Positions 30,644 to 42,283 are shown, numbered from the stretch's first letter. The stretch is 64,000 nt of DNA from an uncultured delta proteobacterium (GCA_963771175.1 CAVYSY010000040.1:256001-320000); one strand, 5' to 3'. The notes: generated by a model not told the origin, from the sequence alone. Translations and numbers: made by a program.

Positions 30644-30673
30644 TTGACACCTGACGTGCTCGGTGGATAACAT
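30644..30673 (+). promoter_or_regulatory. Putative sigma70 promoter for the cpaB operon
   Basis: TTGACA at 30644 and TAACAT 18 bp downstream, in the divergent intergenic gap. Confidence 0.45.
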
Positions 30674-30772
30674 CCTACCCCGTTGGCGCCCCGGGCACCT
30701 GCCTCGTGTGCAACTTCCCCACCCCGACTCCCCGCCCATCGGTCGCCCCCCGCTCTGTGAGGTCCTCGAGAC

Positions 30773-31587
30773 ATGCTGAAGGGTAAGACTCCGCTCGTCA
30801 TCGCATTGGCGCTCGGCCTGCTGGCCGGCATCATCGCGTGGTCCGCCATCAAGAAGAAGGAAGCGGACGTGCGCCGCGGCTGGAACCTGGTGCCGGTCGT
30901 CGTGGCCTCGTCAGGACGTGCCCGAGGGCACCGTCATCACCTTCGACATGATCAACCAGCGCTCGGTGCCCGAGCAGTTCGTCACCTCGTCGGTGGTGAA
31001 GCCGGACTCGGCCACCTACGTGGTGGGCCAGAAGGTGCTGGTGGCGCTGCAGGCGGGCGATCCGCTGCTGTGGAGCCAGTTCGAGACCACCAAGGCCGCC
31101 GAGCGCCTGTCCGCCAAGGTGCAGAAGAAGGTTCGCGCCATCACCATCGAGGCGCGCAACACCACCTCGGTGGGCGGCTGGGTGCGGCCCAACGATCACG
31201 TGGACGTGATCGGCACCTTCCGCGATCCGCAGACGGACGAGAACGTGGCGGTGACGCTGCTGCAGAACGTCATCGTGCTGGCCACCGGCAAGGTCACCGG
31301 CACCACGAACGTCAACCTCATCCCGGAGAACCAGCGCGACTACAACAACATCACGCTGATGGTCATCCCGGAGGAGGCGGAGATCCTCACGCTGGCCGCG
31401 GAGCTGGGCAACCTGACGCTCTCGCTGCGCAACGAGGAGGACGTGGACATGATCGAGGAGCGCGGCCGCGCCACCATCAGCACGCTGCTGTCGGGCGAGC
31501 GTACCCGCGTGCTCGAGCAGCGGCGCCGCGAGATCATCCAGATCATCAAGGGCGACGCGGAGAAGAGCGCGTGCCACGAGCCCGTAG
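30773..31587 (+). CDS. cpaB: Flp pilus assembly protein CpaB/RcpC (KilB-like; frameshifted)
   Basis: TM, VPVVVA SAF-like region, RAITI, VGGWVRPNDHVDVI, TLLQNVIVLATG, LTLSLRN; end approximate. Confidence 0.88.
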
Positions 31588-31635
31588 TCGTCCGCGTCGT
31601 CTTCCTCCCCCTCTCGCTGAAGGAAGCCCCCGCCC

Positions 31636-32482
31636 ATGCTGGCCGGAATCGTCCTCCTCCTCGTCACCGGGTCGTGTCTTCTTCTTCAGCCTGGTGATCT
31701 TCACCGTCCTGGCGAAGGCCTACGAGCAGTACCAGGAGCGGTACGTCGTCAAGTCGATGAACGACTTGAGCGACATGTTCCTGTTCATCGATGCGCGGCA
31801 GCTGCTGGTGCTCAACATCGCCAGCATGTGCTTGCTGGGCATCCTGTCGTACATCCTCTTCAACCCCATCCTGTGCGTGGGCGCCACGGTGTTCGGCTTC
31901 TTCCTGCCGATCATCCTGGTGAAGCACTACCGCAAGCGGCGCATCAAGAAGTTCAACGTGCAGCTGGTGGACGCGCTGCAGGCCATGGCCAACGCGTTCA
32001 AGGCGGGCCTCACGTTCCCGCAGGCCATCGAGCACGTGGCGCGCGAGGCGCAGCCGCCGCTGGCGCAGGAGTTCGGGCTGTTCGTGAAGGAAGTGAAGCT
32101 GGGCGTGCCGCTGGAGGAGGCCCTCATCAACATGGGCCGGCGGGTGGGCAGTGACGACCTGGAGCTGGTCGTGGTGGCCACCAACATCGCGCGCCAGCTC
32201 GGCGGCAACATGGCGGAGATGTTCGAGACCATCTCCAACGTCATCCGCGAGCGCTTCCGGCTCGAGGGAAAGATCGACGCGCTCACCTCCCAGGGCAAGC
32301 TGCAGGGCTGGGTGGTGGCGGCCATGCCGGCCATCCTCGGCATGGTGCTCAACTACATGCGGCCGGACCTGATGGAGCCGATGATGGACCACTGGTTCGG
32401 GTACGTGCTGGTGACGCTCATCGCCATCATGGAAGTGCTGGGCGTCCTCATCATCCGGCGCATCGTCAACATCGACATCTAA
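31636..32482 (+). CDS. tadB: TadB inner-membrane platform protein (KilG-like; frameshift near 31678)
   Basis: QLVDALQAMANAFKAG, EVKLGVPLEEAL, GGNMAEMFETISNVIRER, ALTSQGKL. Confidence 0.9.
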
Positions 32483-32491
32483 GGAGCGGCC

Positions 32492-33383
32492 GTGAGCGAC
32501 GTCCTCACCTATACGTTGATGGGGGGCTCGGCGCTGATGTTCGCGGCATCAGCGGGCTTCCTTGGTATCGGCATCTACCAGAACTACTTCGCGCAGTTCG
32601 TCGATGAGGTCCGTGACGAGTCGGCCGGTGGCGTCAAGGGCATGGGCTCGGTCACCATCCGCAAGCTCGGGGTGCTCAACCGGCGGTTGATGTGGCCGGG
32701 CTACGAGTCCGGGATGCGCCGCAAGCTCATCAAGGCCGGCGAGCCCCAGCAGTTCAAGCCCGAGGACATCATGGCGCTGCAGGAGATCAGCGCCGTGTTG
32801 GGCCTGCTGGCGGGTCTCATCCTGGTGAACGGGGTGGGGGAGCACCTGGCCTGGTCGCTGATCTTCGCGCTCTTCGGGATGTACTACCCGCTGCATCTGG
32901 GTGAACGATCAGGTGAAGAAGCGCCACCTGCTCATCTCCCGGGCGCTGCCCTACAACCTGGACCTGCTGACGCTGTCGGTGGAGGCGGGCCTGGACTTCA
33001 CCGCGGCGCTCGCCAAGGTGGTGGAGAAGGGCAAGCACGGCCCGCTGCGCGAGGAGATGCAGATCGTCCTCAAGCAGCTCAAGATGGGCAAGACGCGCGA
33101 GGAGGCCCTCAAGGCGATGATCGCCCGCGTGGACCTGCCGTCGCTCAGCACCTTCGTCACCGCGCTCATCCAGGCGGACAAGATGGGCACCAGCCTCGGC
33201 AAGGTGCTGCGCATCCAGTCCACGCAGCTGCGCATCGACCGCACCCAGCGCGCGGAGAAGCTGGCCGGCGAGGCGCCGGTGAAGATGCTCTTCCCGCTCA
33301 TCGCCTGCATCTTCCCCACGGTGTTCATGGTCCTCTTCGGGCCCATCGTGTTCCAGTTCATGTTCGGAGACGTGGGGGGGTAG
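32492..33383 (+). CDS. tadC: TadC inner-membrane platform protein (KilH-like; frameshift near 32893)
   Basis: LPYNLDLLTLSVEAGLDF, IQADKMGTSLGKVLR, AEKLAGEAPVKMLFPLIACIFP. Confidence 0.9.
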
Positions 33384-33387
33384 GGCC

Positions 33388-35212
33388 CTGGGGTTCCAAC
33401 TCACCATCTCCAGGGGCCTGCAGGAGGGGACGGAGCTCACCTTCGAGCAGCCCGAGGTCCATATCGGCCGCACGTCGGAAAACGACGTGGTGCTGAAGGA
33501 TGGCGGTGTATCCCGTCGGCACGTGCGCATCTCGGAGCGGCTGGGGCGCTTCTTCGCGCAGGACCTGGGCAGCTCCAACGGCACCCAGGTCAACGACGAG
33601 GCGCTCACCGATGAGCAGGAACTGCGCACCGGGGATCGCATCTCGCTGGGGGACGTGGAGTTCGTTTTCAAGGAAGTGGTCAGCGACGCGGACTCCACCC
33701 GGCCCATCCGGCGCAACATCAAACCCGCGGCGCGCGTGACGGATCAGGACGAGATGCTCGCCCCGGACGAGATGCAGCGCCCCGGAGGAGCCGCCCCCGC
33801 CCCCCGCCCCCCGTGCGTCGACGCGCTCCGAGGCTCGCGCCTCGGCGCCCGCGCCTCGTGCGTCGACGCGCTCCGAGGTTCCCGCCTCGGCGCCCGCGCC
33901 TCGTGCGTCGACGCGCTCCGAGGCTACCGTCGCGGCGCCCGCGCCTCGTGCTTCGTCGCGCTCCGACACTCCCGCCTCGGACGTTCCCGCGCCTCGTGCT
34001 TCGTCGCGCTCCGACACTCCCGCCTCGGACGTTCCCGTGCGGGGGGGCGGGGCACCTCGTCGGGCAACCGCAGGCGCGAGGCGTGCCGTGGTGCCCGAGT
34101 CCCAGGCTCCGGCCCGGACCGCCTCCCGGGTCGAGCTGGCTGAGTCCCCCGAGCCCCAATCCCCGCCCCTCGCTCCGGAGGTCCCGACCCGGACCGTGTC
34201 CCGCGGCGGCATGAAGGTGGCCCCCGCGTCCGACGCGGCTCCAGCGCGTGTCTCGGGGTCCGAGGGCCAGTCCGCCGCGGACAAGGCCCGGCGCCGACGC
34301 GAGCTGGGTGGCTCGATGGGCGGCCAGCTCGCGCTCTGGTGGTCCGCGCTGTCAGGGGGTGGCAAGTTCGCCATGGGCCTCGTGGCCCTCTGCTTCGTGG
34401 CGGGGATGGTGGCCGCGATCCACTTCGTCTTCGGCGGCAGTGAGGGACGCATGGGGCCCTCTGGCCCGGAGCCCGAGACGCTCGGCTCCCAGTCGCTGCC
34501 GGACTCGTTCGGACTGGGCGAGGGCGTGACGTGGGAGCAGCCGGACATGAAGTCCTTCGACTTCGAGTTCGTCTCGCCCACCCGCGCCGTGGCCGTCATC
34601 CGCTACCAGGCCCGCGACATCTCCAAGGAGGAGGTCTCCATCTCCGTCAACGCGGTGAACGTGGGCTGGGTGCCTCCCGACACGGTCAACGCGGAGAGAG
34701 AGGTGCAGCAGATCCTCTCGCCGGACGTGCTCAAGCGCAACGAACTCAACCGTGTCGTCTTCGACAACGTCCGCAATCCCCCGGGCCGGGAAGGCTGGCG
34801 GGTGTCGAACCTGCGGCTGGAGATCATCCCCGTGCCGGACCTGAGCCCGGCGGAGCTCCTGGAGACCGCGCGCGGCTACGCGACCCGGGCCCGCGACTTC
34901 TACGAGCGCAAGGACGTGGGCGCCGAGAACCTCTTCCACGCCTGGGAGAACTACCGCTCGGCGTGGATCACCCTGGAGGCCCTGGACACGAAGCCGGACC
35001 TCTACCATGACGTCCGTTACATGATGGGCCAGGTGTCGGTGGACCTGGACCATAAGTGCGGGCAGTTGATGCTGGATTTCCAACGGTACATCCAGTTCAA
35101 GGACAAGAAGCGGGCGCGCCTGGTGCTTCGAGAGGTGAACAGGCGCTTCCCTACGACCGCGCATCGCTGCAACAATCTGGCGCTCGATAAAGCCAACGAG
35201 TACGGGCTATGA
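33388..35212 (+). CDS. FHA-domain membrane protein with repeat-rich linker (frameshift near 33790)
   Basis: IGRTSENDVVLKDGGVSRRH, DLGSSNGT; TM FAMGLVALCFVAGMVAAIHFVF; frame opens at CTG 33388, start uncertain. Confidence 0.85.
33812..34036 (+). repeat. Five tandem coding repeats of 45-48 bp
   Basis: Units start at 33812, 33857, 33902, 33947, 33995; encode RAS(T/S)RS(E/D)xxxxxPAP-like peptides. Confidence 0.92.
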
Positions 35213-35250
35213 GGCCCGTGCTCGCGTACCAACCGAAGTGGTGATCTCCC

Positions 35251-37044
35251 ATGTCGAACGGTTCTCCTCCCGCACGCCGTCGTCCCGCGACGGGTTCCTC
35301 CTCGGGCGGTGGCGCTACCGGTCAGCGTCCTGCGGCACGTAGGTCGGGTGCTGCCCCGTCCGTGCGCCCCGCGCCCCTGCCGGTGATGGGGACGAAGCTG
35401 GTGGTGTCGGCGGGTCCCAACGCCGGTGAGGAGTTCGCGCTGGAGGAGGGCGAGTACGTCATCGGCCGCTCCAACGACAACCCCATCTGCATCCCGGACT
35501 CCTCGGTGTCGCGCAAGCACGTGCTGGTGCGCAACCTGGGCGGTGGGTGGGCGGCCAGTGACCTGGGCTCCGGCAACGGCACCCTCCTCAACGGTGAGCC
35601 CATCTCCGACGAGGTGCCGCTGGCCCATGGCGACGTCCTCACGCTCGGCGACACGGAGGTGGTGTTCCAGGACGCCTCCAACTCCACGATGATGATTTCG
35701 GCGCCGTCCGCGCCGCCGCCGAGGCCGGGCCGCAGTGGCTCGAGGTCCGCCGCCCCCGCTCCCGCCGCCGAAGAGGAGGGCGAGGCCGCCGTTCCGCGCC
35801 GTCCGCCGCCCCGTCCCGAGAGCCGCGCGCGCCCCGCTCGGGGTCGCGCCTCGGCGGCACCGGATCCGGCGGCGCAGAAGCGCAAGAAGCGCCTGCTGCT
35901 CATCACCGCGGCCGTCTTCGTGCTGCTGGTCGGCCTGCTGGCGGTCATCAAGGTGAAGCAGCAGCAGCAGGCCGAGGCCGAGGCCGCCGCCGCCGCCGCC
36001 TCCGAGGAGCGTCGCGCGGCGATCGGTGGTCTCTTCCAGGAAGCCAAGAACCTCATTCGCGATGGCAAGTGGGAGGAGGCCAAGGCCAAGCTGCTGGAGC
36101 TCCAGGAGGCCGAGCCCGACTACGTGCAGCTCCCGGACTACCTGGCGCGCGTGGAGAAGGAGATCCCCAACCAGGCGGCGCTCGACGCGGCCAAGGCGGC
36201 GCTGGACAAGAACGAGCTCGGCAAGGCGGCGGCCGCCCTGGCCAAGGTGGCCATGGACACCCAGCTCTTCGAGCAGCTCCGCACCTCTCGGGTGTCTCTG
36301 GACGAGAAGGCCGACAAGCGCGTGCGCGAGGCGCAGTCGCTGCTGGAGCAGAAGCAGCTCGATCTGGCCAAGGCCATCACCGACGACGTGCTGGCGGCCC
36401 TTCCCGAGCACCGGGACGGCAAGGTCATCGCCGAGCAGGTGGCGCGCGCCATCGAGATCCGCGACCGGCCGGCGCCGCCTCCGCCTCCGCCTACCACCGT
36501 CAAGCCCTGGGATCAGTCCGCGGATCGCTTCCGCGACGGTGACCAGAAGGGCGCGATGGACATCGCCACCGGCTGCGCGTCCAAGCACTCGCAGTGCAAG
36601 GTGCTCGTGTCGCAGATGACGGATTTCGGCAACCTCTACAAGCGCCTGGAGGATCTGGACGCCAAGGGGCTGGTCCGCCTGCTGGACCTGGACAAGAAGA
36701 TCACCAACGGCCGCGGCAGCAAGCTGGCGCGCAACGCGGGCACGCGTGCGTCCAACATCTTCTTCAAGAGCGCCTCCTCGGCGAAGGCATCCGGCCAGTA
36801 CGGCGTCGCCATGGCGAACGCCCAGCGCGCCCTCCAGGCCGACCCCAGCCATGCCGGTGCCAACAACATCGTCGCGGAGCTGCGGCAGAGGGCGAAGGAC
36901 CTCTACCTGCAGGCCTACGCCCTCAAGGACACCGATCCCGAGGAGGCCGTCCCCAAGTTCCGCGAGGTCATGGCCATGACCACGTCGGACGATGAGACGC
37001 ACCAGAAGGCGAAGTCCTGGATCGAGAAGCTTCAGCAGCGATGA
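35251..37044 (+). CDS. FHA-domain membrane protein with periplasmic TPR-like region
   Basis: IGRSNDNPICIPDSSVSRKH, DLGSGNGT; TM LLLITAAVFVLLVGLLAVI; helical C-terminus. Confidence 0.88.
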   Translation: MSNGSPPARRRPATGSSSGGGATGQRPAARRSGAAPSVRPAPLPVMGTKLVVSAGPNAGEEFALEEGEYVIGRSNDNPICIPDSSVSRKHVLVRNLGGGWAASDLGSGNGTLLNGEPISDEVPLAHGDVLTLGDTEVVFQDASNSTMMISAPSAPPPRPGRSGSRSAAPAPAAEEEGEAAVPRRPPPRPESRARPARGRASAAPDPAAQKRKKRLLLITAAVFVLLVGLLAVIKVKQQQQAEAEAAAAAASEERRAAIGGLFQEAKNLIRDGKWEEAKAKLLELQEAEPDYVQLPDYLARVEKEIPNQAALDAAKAALDKNELGKAAAALAKVAMDTQLFEQLRTSRVSLDEKADKRVREAQSLLEQKQLDLAKAITDDVLAALPEHRDGKVIAEQVARAIEIRDRPAPPPPPPTTVKPWDQSADRFRDGDQKGAMDIATGCASKHSQCKVLVSQMTDFGNLYKRLEDLDAKGLVRLLDLDKKITNGRGSKLARNAGTRASNIFFKSASSAKASGQYGVAMANAQRALQADPSHAGANNIVAELRQRAKDLYLQAYALKDTDPEEAVPKFREVMAMTTSDDETHQKAKSWIEKLQQR

Positions 37045-38774
37045 AGAAACGGCGAGGAACCGAAGTGGCCCCGCCGACCCCCGCCGGACAGGGAGACCTT
37101 TTCGGCGGCTCGTTCGGGGCGCCGAAGCGGACAGCGGCGGTGGCGGCCTCGAAGCCACCCCCCGAGCCTCCTCCCGCGCCCGCTCCGCCCCCGGCTCCCT
37201 CGGAGCTGAAGGACGTGTCCGGGTCGCTGCCGTCGCTGCCCGGCGCCCCCTCGCGCCCGGCGCCCACGCGCACGGTGCTCACCGTGGGCGAGCTCACCCA
37301 GCAGCTCAAGCAGACGATCGAAGCGCGCTTCCCGCGCGTGCTGGTGCGCGGCGAGGTGTCCGGCTTCCGCGGCCCCAACGCGCGCGGCCATCTGTACTTC
37401 ACGCTCAAGGACGCGGACGCCTCGCTCGACGTGAAGATGTGGGCCTCGCAGGCGGCGCGGCTGCGCTTCGCCCTGCGCGACGGCCTGGCCGTGGTCGCCG
37501 AGGGCAGCGTGGACCTCTACGAGCCCGCCGGCCGCTACAGCCTCATCGCCACAAGCTGGAGCCGGAAGGGGAGGGCGCGCTGGCGCTCGCCTTCGAGCAG
37601 CTCAAGGAGCGGCTCGCGGCCGAGGGTCTCATCGGCGACAACCGCCTCCGCCCGCCGCGCCCGCTGCCCTTCCTGCCCCGGCGCATCGGCGTGGTGACGA
37701 GCCGCACCGGCGCGGCCCTGCAGGACTTCCTGCGCGTGCTGCACTCGCGCAACCCGCGCCTGTCGGTGCTGCTGTGCGACGCGCGCGTGCAGGGCGAGGG
37801 CTCCGCGGAGGAGGTGGCGCGCGGCATCGAGCGCCTGTCCCGCACGGACGTGGACGTCATCGTCGTCACCCGCGGCGGCGGCTCGAAGGAGGACCTCTGG
37901 ACGTTCAACGAGGAGCGGGTGGCGCGCGCCATCTTCGCCTGCCCGGTGCCGGTGGTGTCCGCCATCGGCCATGAGATCGACTTCACCATCTCGGACTTCG
38001 TGGCGGACTGGCGCGCCCCCACCCCCAGCGCGGCGGCCGAGCGGCTCGCCCCGGTGCTGCAGGACCTGGAGTACGGCCTGGCCACCTGGTCGTTGCGCCT
38101 GCGCAAGGCCACCGAGCGCCGGGTGCTGGAGCTGCGCGAGCGGCTGGGCTCTCTGCGCGGGCGGCTGGTGGATCCGCGGCGGCGGCTCTCCACGGAGCGG
38201 CTGCGGCTCTCCGACGCCGAGGACGCGATGACGCGGGTGATGCGTCAGGTGCTGCGGGAGCGGCGCGAGGCGCTCCGGGCACACGCCGAGCACCTGCAGC
38301 GCCAGCGACCCCAGGCCCGACTGGCCGAGCAGCGGGCGCGGCTGGTGCAACTCTCCGCTCGACTGAAGGACGCGGTGCGGGCGGACGTGGCGACCCGGCG
38401 GGCGAGGGCCGCCCGGGCCCGGTTGGAGCTGGAGCGTATCTCCCCGATCGCCCGGGTGGTGGAGCTGCGTGCCCGGCTGGCCGATCGGAAGTGCCCGGCT
38501 GGTTGCCCTGGAGAAGGACGCCCTGGCGTCGGCACAGCGACACTTCCAGCGCCTGGAAGGTCGGCTGGATGCCATGAGCCCCCTCAAGGTCATGTCGCGG
38601 GGTTACGCGGTCACCTTCCGGCGGAGCGACGGAGGGGTGGTGCGCTCCATCTCGGACGTGCAGCCCGGCGAGCTCCTCGGTATCAAGTTCGCCAGCAGCG
38701 GGGCGAAGACACTCCAGGCGTGCGAGGAGATTGAAGCCACCGTCACCGCGGTGAAGGGTCCGGTGGATTGCTGA
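37041..38774 (+). CDS. xseA: Exodeoxyribonuclease VII large subunit (frameshifted)
   Basis: GEVSGF, GHLYFTLKD, RIGVVTS, RGGGSKEDLWTFNEE, SAIGHEIDFTISDFVAD, SPLKVMSRGYA. Confidence 0.93.
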
Positions 38775-38857
38775 CGTCCGGGTGCAGGTCCCCCTGGCAC
38801 CCGGGGGGGCGCCTCCTCTAGAGTCCCGCGGCTTTTTCTCGTCGAGGTGGACCGGAC

Positions 38858-39211
38858 GTGGCGAAGGACAGCAAGGGCAAGGCGGCGGAGGAGGTCCCCG
38901 AGCAGTACGGGGACGTGGTGCAGCGTCTCGAGGACGTGGTGGCGCGGCTGGAGGGCGGCACCCTGTCGCTCGAGGACTCGCTCAAGTCGTTCGAGGAGGG
39001 CATCAAGCTGGTGCGCCGCGGCGAGCATCTCCTCAACGCGGCGGAGAAGCGCATCGAGGAGCTGTTGACCGAGGACGGCCGGGACGTGGTGGTGCCGCTG
39101 CAGACGGGCGTGAAGGCCCCGACGGTGCCCTCGGCTCCCGCTCCGGCCTCGCGGGGGAGCTCGGGCGCGTCCAGGTCCGTGCCTCCTCCCGAGGACGACG
39201 TGCCGTTCTAG
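38858..39211 (+). CDS. xseB: Exodeoxyribonuclease VII small subunit
   Basis: LEDVVARLEGGTLSLEDSLKSFEEGIKL..LNAAEKRI. Confidence 0.92.
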   Translation: MAKDSKGKAAEEVPEQYGDVVQRLEDVVARLEGGTLSLEDSLKSFEEGIKLVRRGEHLLNAAEKRIEELLTEDGRDVVVPLQTGVKAPTVPSAPAPASRGSSGASRSVPPPEDDVPF

Positions 39212-39241
39212 TCCCTCGCGTGTAGACCTATCGGTATCCCC

Positions 39242-39631
39242 ATGCCGCAGCCCAAGGTCACCATCGTCGACGACGACCGCGATACGCGGGAGTTGCTCTC
39301 GCTCGCCCTGGAGTCGGAGGGCTTCGAGGTCACCGCCGCGGCCAACGGGCTGCGGCTGATCTCCTCCCTGCAGCTCAAGCGGCCGGACATCATCCTCATG
39401 GACGTGAACATGTCCTGGATCGATGGCTTCGAGCTGTGCAGGGCGGTGAAGAAGAACGAGCAGTTCCGGGACATCCCGGTCGTCTTCGTCAGCGGGCGCG
39501 GGGAGCCGGAGGACAAGCGGCGCGGCATCGAGGCCGGCGCCGCCGACTATTTCGTGAAGCCGTTGGATCTCAACGCGCTCATCAAGCGGCTGCGAGGGCT
39601 CATCCCGCCGCCCGCATCCGAGGTGCCCTGA
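39242..39631 (+). CDS. Single-domain response regulator
   Basis: IVDDD, ILMDVNM, DGFELC, FVKP. Confidence 0.92.
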   Translation: MPQPKVTIVDDDRDTRELLSLALESEGFEVTAAANGLRLISSLQLKRPDIILMDVNMSWIDGFELCRAVKKNEQFRDIPVVFVSGRGEPEDKRRGIEAGAADYFVKPLDLNALIKRLRGLIPPPASEVP

Positions 39632-39632
39632 C

Positions 39633-40527
39633 ATGTCGTCTTTCGATCTCGAGTCGTACCTGCGGACCCAGGTGGCGCGGGTGGAGAAGCTGCTGGGCTC
39701 GCGCTCCGAGGAGATGGGCGCGCACGTGCCGCCGCGCCTGCTGGAGTCCATGCGCTACTCGCTGCTGGCCGGCGGCAAGCGGCTGCGGCCGGTGCTGTGC
39801 CTGGCCTTCGCGGAGGCCGTGCTGCGCCAGAGCCGATCTCCGCGCGTGGTGGAGGACTGCGCCTGCGCGCTCGAGTTCATCCACACCTACTCGCTGGTGC
39901 ACGACGATCTGCCGGCGATGGACGACGACGACATGCGCCGCGGGCGGCCCACCAACCACAAGGTGTATCGGCGAGGCCATGGCCATCCTCGCCGGGTGAC
40001 GCGCTGCTCACCGAGGCCTTCGCCCTGGTGGCGGGCGGCCCCGAGCCGGTGCGCGGCACGCTGCTGCCGCGAGCTGGCCGTGGGCTCGGGCGCGGCGGGC
40101 ATGGTGGGCGGCCAGGTGCTGGACATCGCCGAGGATCGCCCGGCCGAGATCGACTACCTCACGCGCATGCACCGCCTGAAGACGGGCGCGCTCATCCGCG
40201 CCGCGTGCCGCATGGGGGTGATCGCCGCCGGTGGGGACGCGGACGCGCTGGCCCGCGCGGACACCTACGGGGACGCGGTGGGGCTCGCCTTCCAGATCGC
40301 CGACGATGTGCTGGACGTGACGGGGGATGCGTCCTCCATGGGCAAGCCCGTGGGCGCGGATGCCGCCGCCGGACGCTTCACCTTCCCGGCGGTGCTGGGG
40401 CTGGAGGAGTCCAAGCAGCTCGCGGCGCGCAAGGTGGCCGAGGCCATCGCCGCCGTGAAGACGCTGGAGCCCGAGGATCGGCCCGCTCGCGGCGCTCGCG
40501 CGCTACTCGGTGGAGCGACGCTCGTGA
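39633..40527 (+). CDS. ispA: Farnesyl diphosphate synthase (frameshifted)
   Basis: GGKRLRP, YSLVHDDLPAMDDDDMRRGRPTNHK, GMVGGQVLD, FQIADDVLD. Confidence 0.92.
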
Positions 40528-42283
40528 TGGAGCGGCTCCTGCCGCGCATCCAATCTCCCGCGGACGTCCGGGCGCTCCCCGAGTCCGAGCTGCCTCGCCT
40601 GTGCGAGGAGCTGCGTGAGGACATCATCTCCCTCTGTGGCCGCGTGGGCGGCCACCTGGGGGCCTCGCTCGGCGCGGTGGAGCTGGTCGTCGCGCTGCAC
40701 CGGGTCTTCCACTCGCCGCAGGACGCGCTCGTCTTCGACGTGGGCCACCAGGCCTACGCGCACAAGCTGCTGACGGGCCGGCGCGAGCGCATGGGCACGC
40801 TGCGCCAGGCCGGCGGCATCGCCCCCTTCCTGGACCCACGGGAGAGCCCGCACGACGCGCTCGCCGCGGGCCACGCGTGCACCGCCGTGTCCGCGGCGCT
40901 GGGCATGCTCGAGGGCAAGCGCCTGCGGGGCCAGCCCGGGCACGTGGTGGCGCTGCGTGGGGGACGGGGCGCTCACCGGCGGGCTCACCTTCGAGGGGCT
41001 GAACAACGCCGGGGGCACGCACCTGCCGCTGGTGGTGGTGCTCAACGACAACCAGATGTCCATCTCCGCGAACGTGGGCGCCATCCCCGCGTTGCTGCGC
41101 ACGCGCGAGGCCCGCGCCTTCTTCGAGGCGCTGGGCTTCACCTACCTGGGGCCGGTGGACGGGCACGACCTCGGGGCGCTCCACCGCGTGCTGCGCGAGG
41201 CACGCGCCTCCACGCGCCCGGTGGTGGTGCACGCGCTGACGCAGAAGGGCAGGGGCTTTCCCCCGGCCGAGGCGGACACGCAGACGCGCGGCCACGCCAT
41301 GGGGCCCTACGAGTGGCGCGACGGGAAGCTGGTGCGCTCGCGCGGCGGCCAGCGCACCTTCAGCGAGGCCTTCGCGGCCGCGCTGGAGGAGGCGATGGCC
41401 CGGGACCCGCGCGTGGTGGCGGTGACGCCGGCCATGCTGGAGGGCTCGGCGCTGGTGGGCCTCAAGCAGCGCTACCCCGAGCGTGTCTTCGACGTGGGCA
41501 TCGCCGAGCAGCACGCGGTCACCTTCTGCGCCGGGCTCGCCGCCACGGGGCTGCGGCCCGTGTGCGCCATCTACTCCACCTTCCTGCAGCGCGCGTACGA
41601 CCAGGTCATCCACGACGTGTGCCTGCCGGGCCTGCCGGTGGTCTTCGCCGTGGACCGCGCCGGGCTGGTGGGCGCGGATGGCGCCACGCACCAGGGCACC
41701 TACGACGTGGCCTCGCTGCGGCCCGTGCCCGGCCTTACGCTGATGGCTCCGGTGACCGGCGAGGACCTGCCGGGGATGCTCGCCACGGCGCTCGCGCTGC
41801 CCGGGCCCTCGCTCCTGCGCTTCCCTCGCGGCACCCTGCCGACGCTGCCCCCGGAGCTGCACTCGGGCCCGGGTCCGGTGCGCGGGGCGCGCTGGCTGAA
41901 GCGGGCGCAGGAGGCCCGGCTGTCCTTCATCACGCTCGGGCCGCTGGGGCTGGCCGCGCTGGAGGCCGCTGACTCGGAGCCGGGCTGGAGCGTGCTGGAC
42001 GCGCGCTTCGTCTCCCCGCTCGACGAGGCGGCGGTGCTGGAGGCCGCCGCGTGCGGGACGCGTGGTGGTGGTGGAGGAGGGGACGACGCACGGCGGGCTG
42101 GGCAGCGCGGTGCTGGAGTTGCTCGCCGCGCGCGGCGTGGGCGCCCGGGTGAGGCTGCTGGGCATGCCGGACGCCTTCGTGCCCCACGGGGACGCGCGCG
42201 TGCAGCGGGCCGAGCTGGGGCTGGATGCCGCGGGCCTGCGGCGTGCCGCCCTGGCCCTGCTCTCCGAGGGAGGTGCACGGTGA
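40527..42283 (+). CDS. dxs: 1-deoxy-D-xylulose-5-phosphate synthase, internally shortened (frameshifted)
   Basis: GGHLGASLG, FDVGHQAYAHKLLTGR, GDGALTGG..NDN, DVGIAEQH, YSTFLQRAYDQ, DRAGLVGADGATH. Confidence 0.93.

Noticed and set aside
30773..32482. 569-aa CpaB-TadB fusion ORF
   Set aside because: Middle part is off-frame nonsense; CpaB and TadB motifs resolve as separate genes
33812..34036. Regular 45-bp repeats as a CRISPR array
   Set aside because: No unique spacers, unit lengths are multiples of three within a CDS, and no cas genes are present
39633..41972. 779-aa IspA-Dxs fusion ORF
   Set aside because: Produced by indels; a normal TGA/ATG overlap exists at 40525-40529
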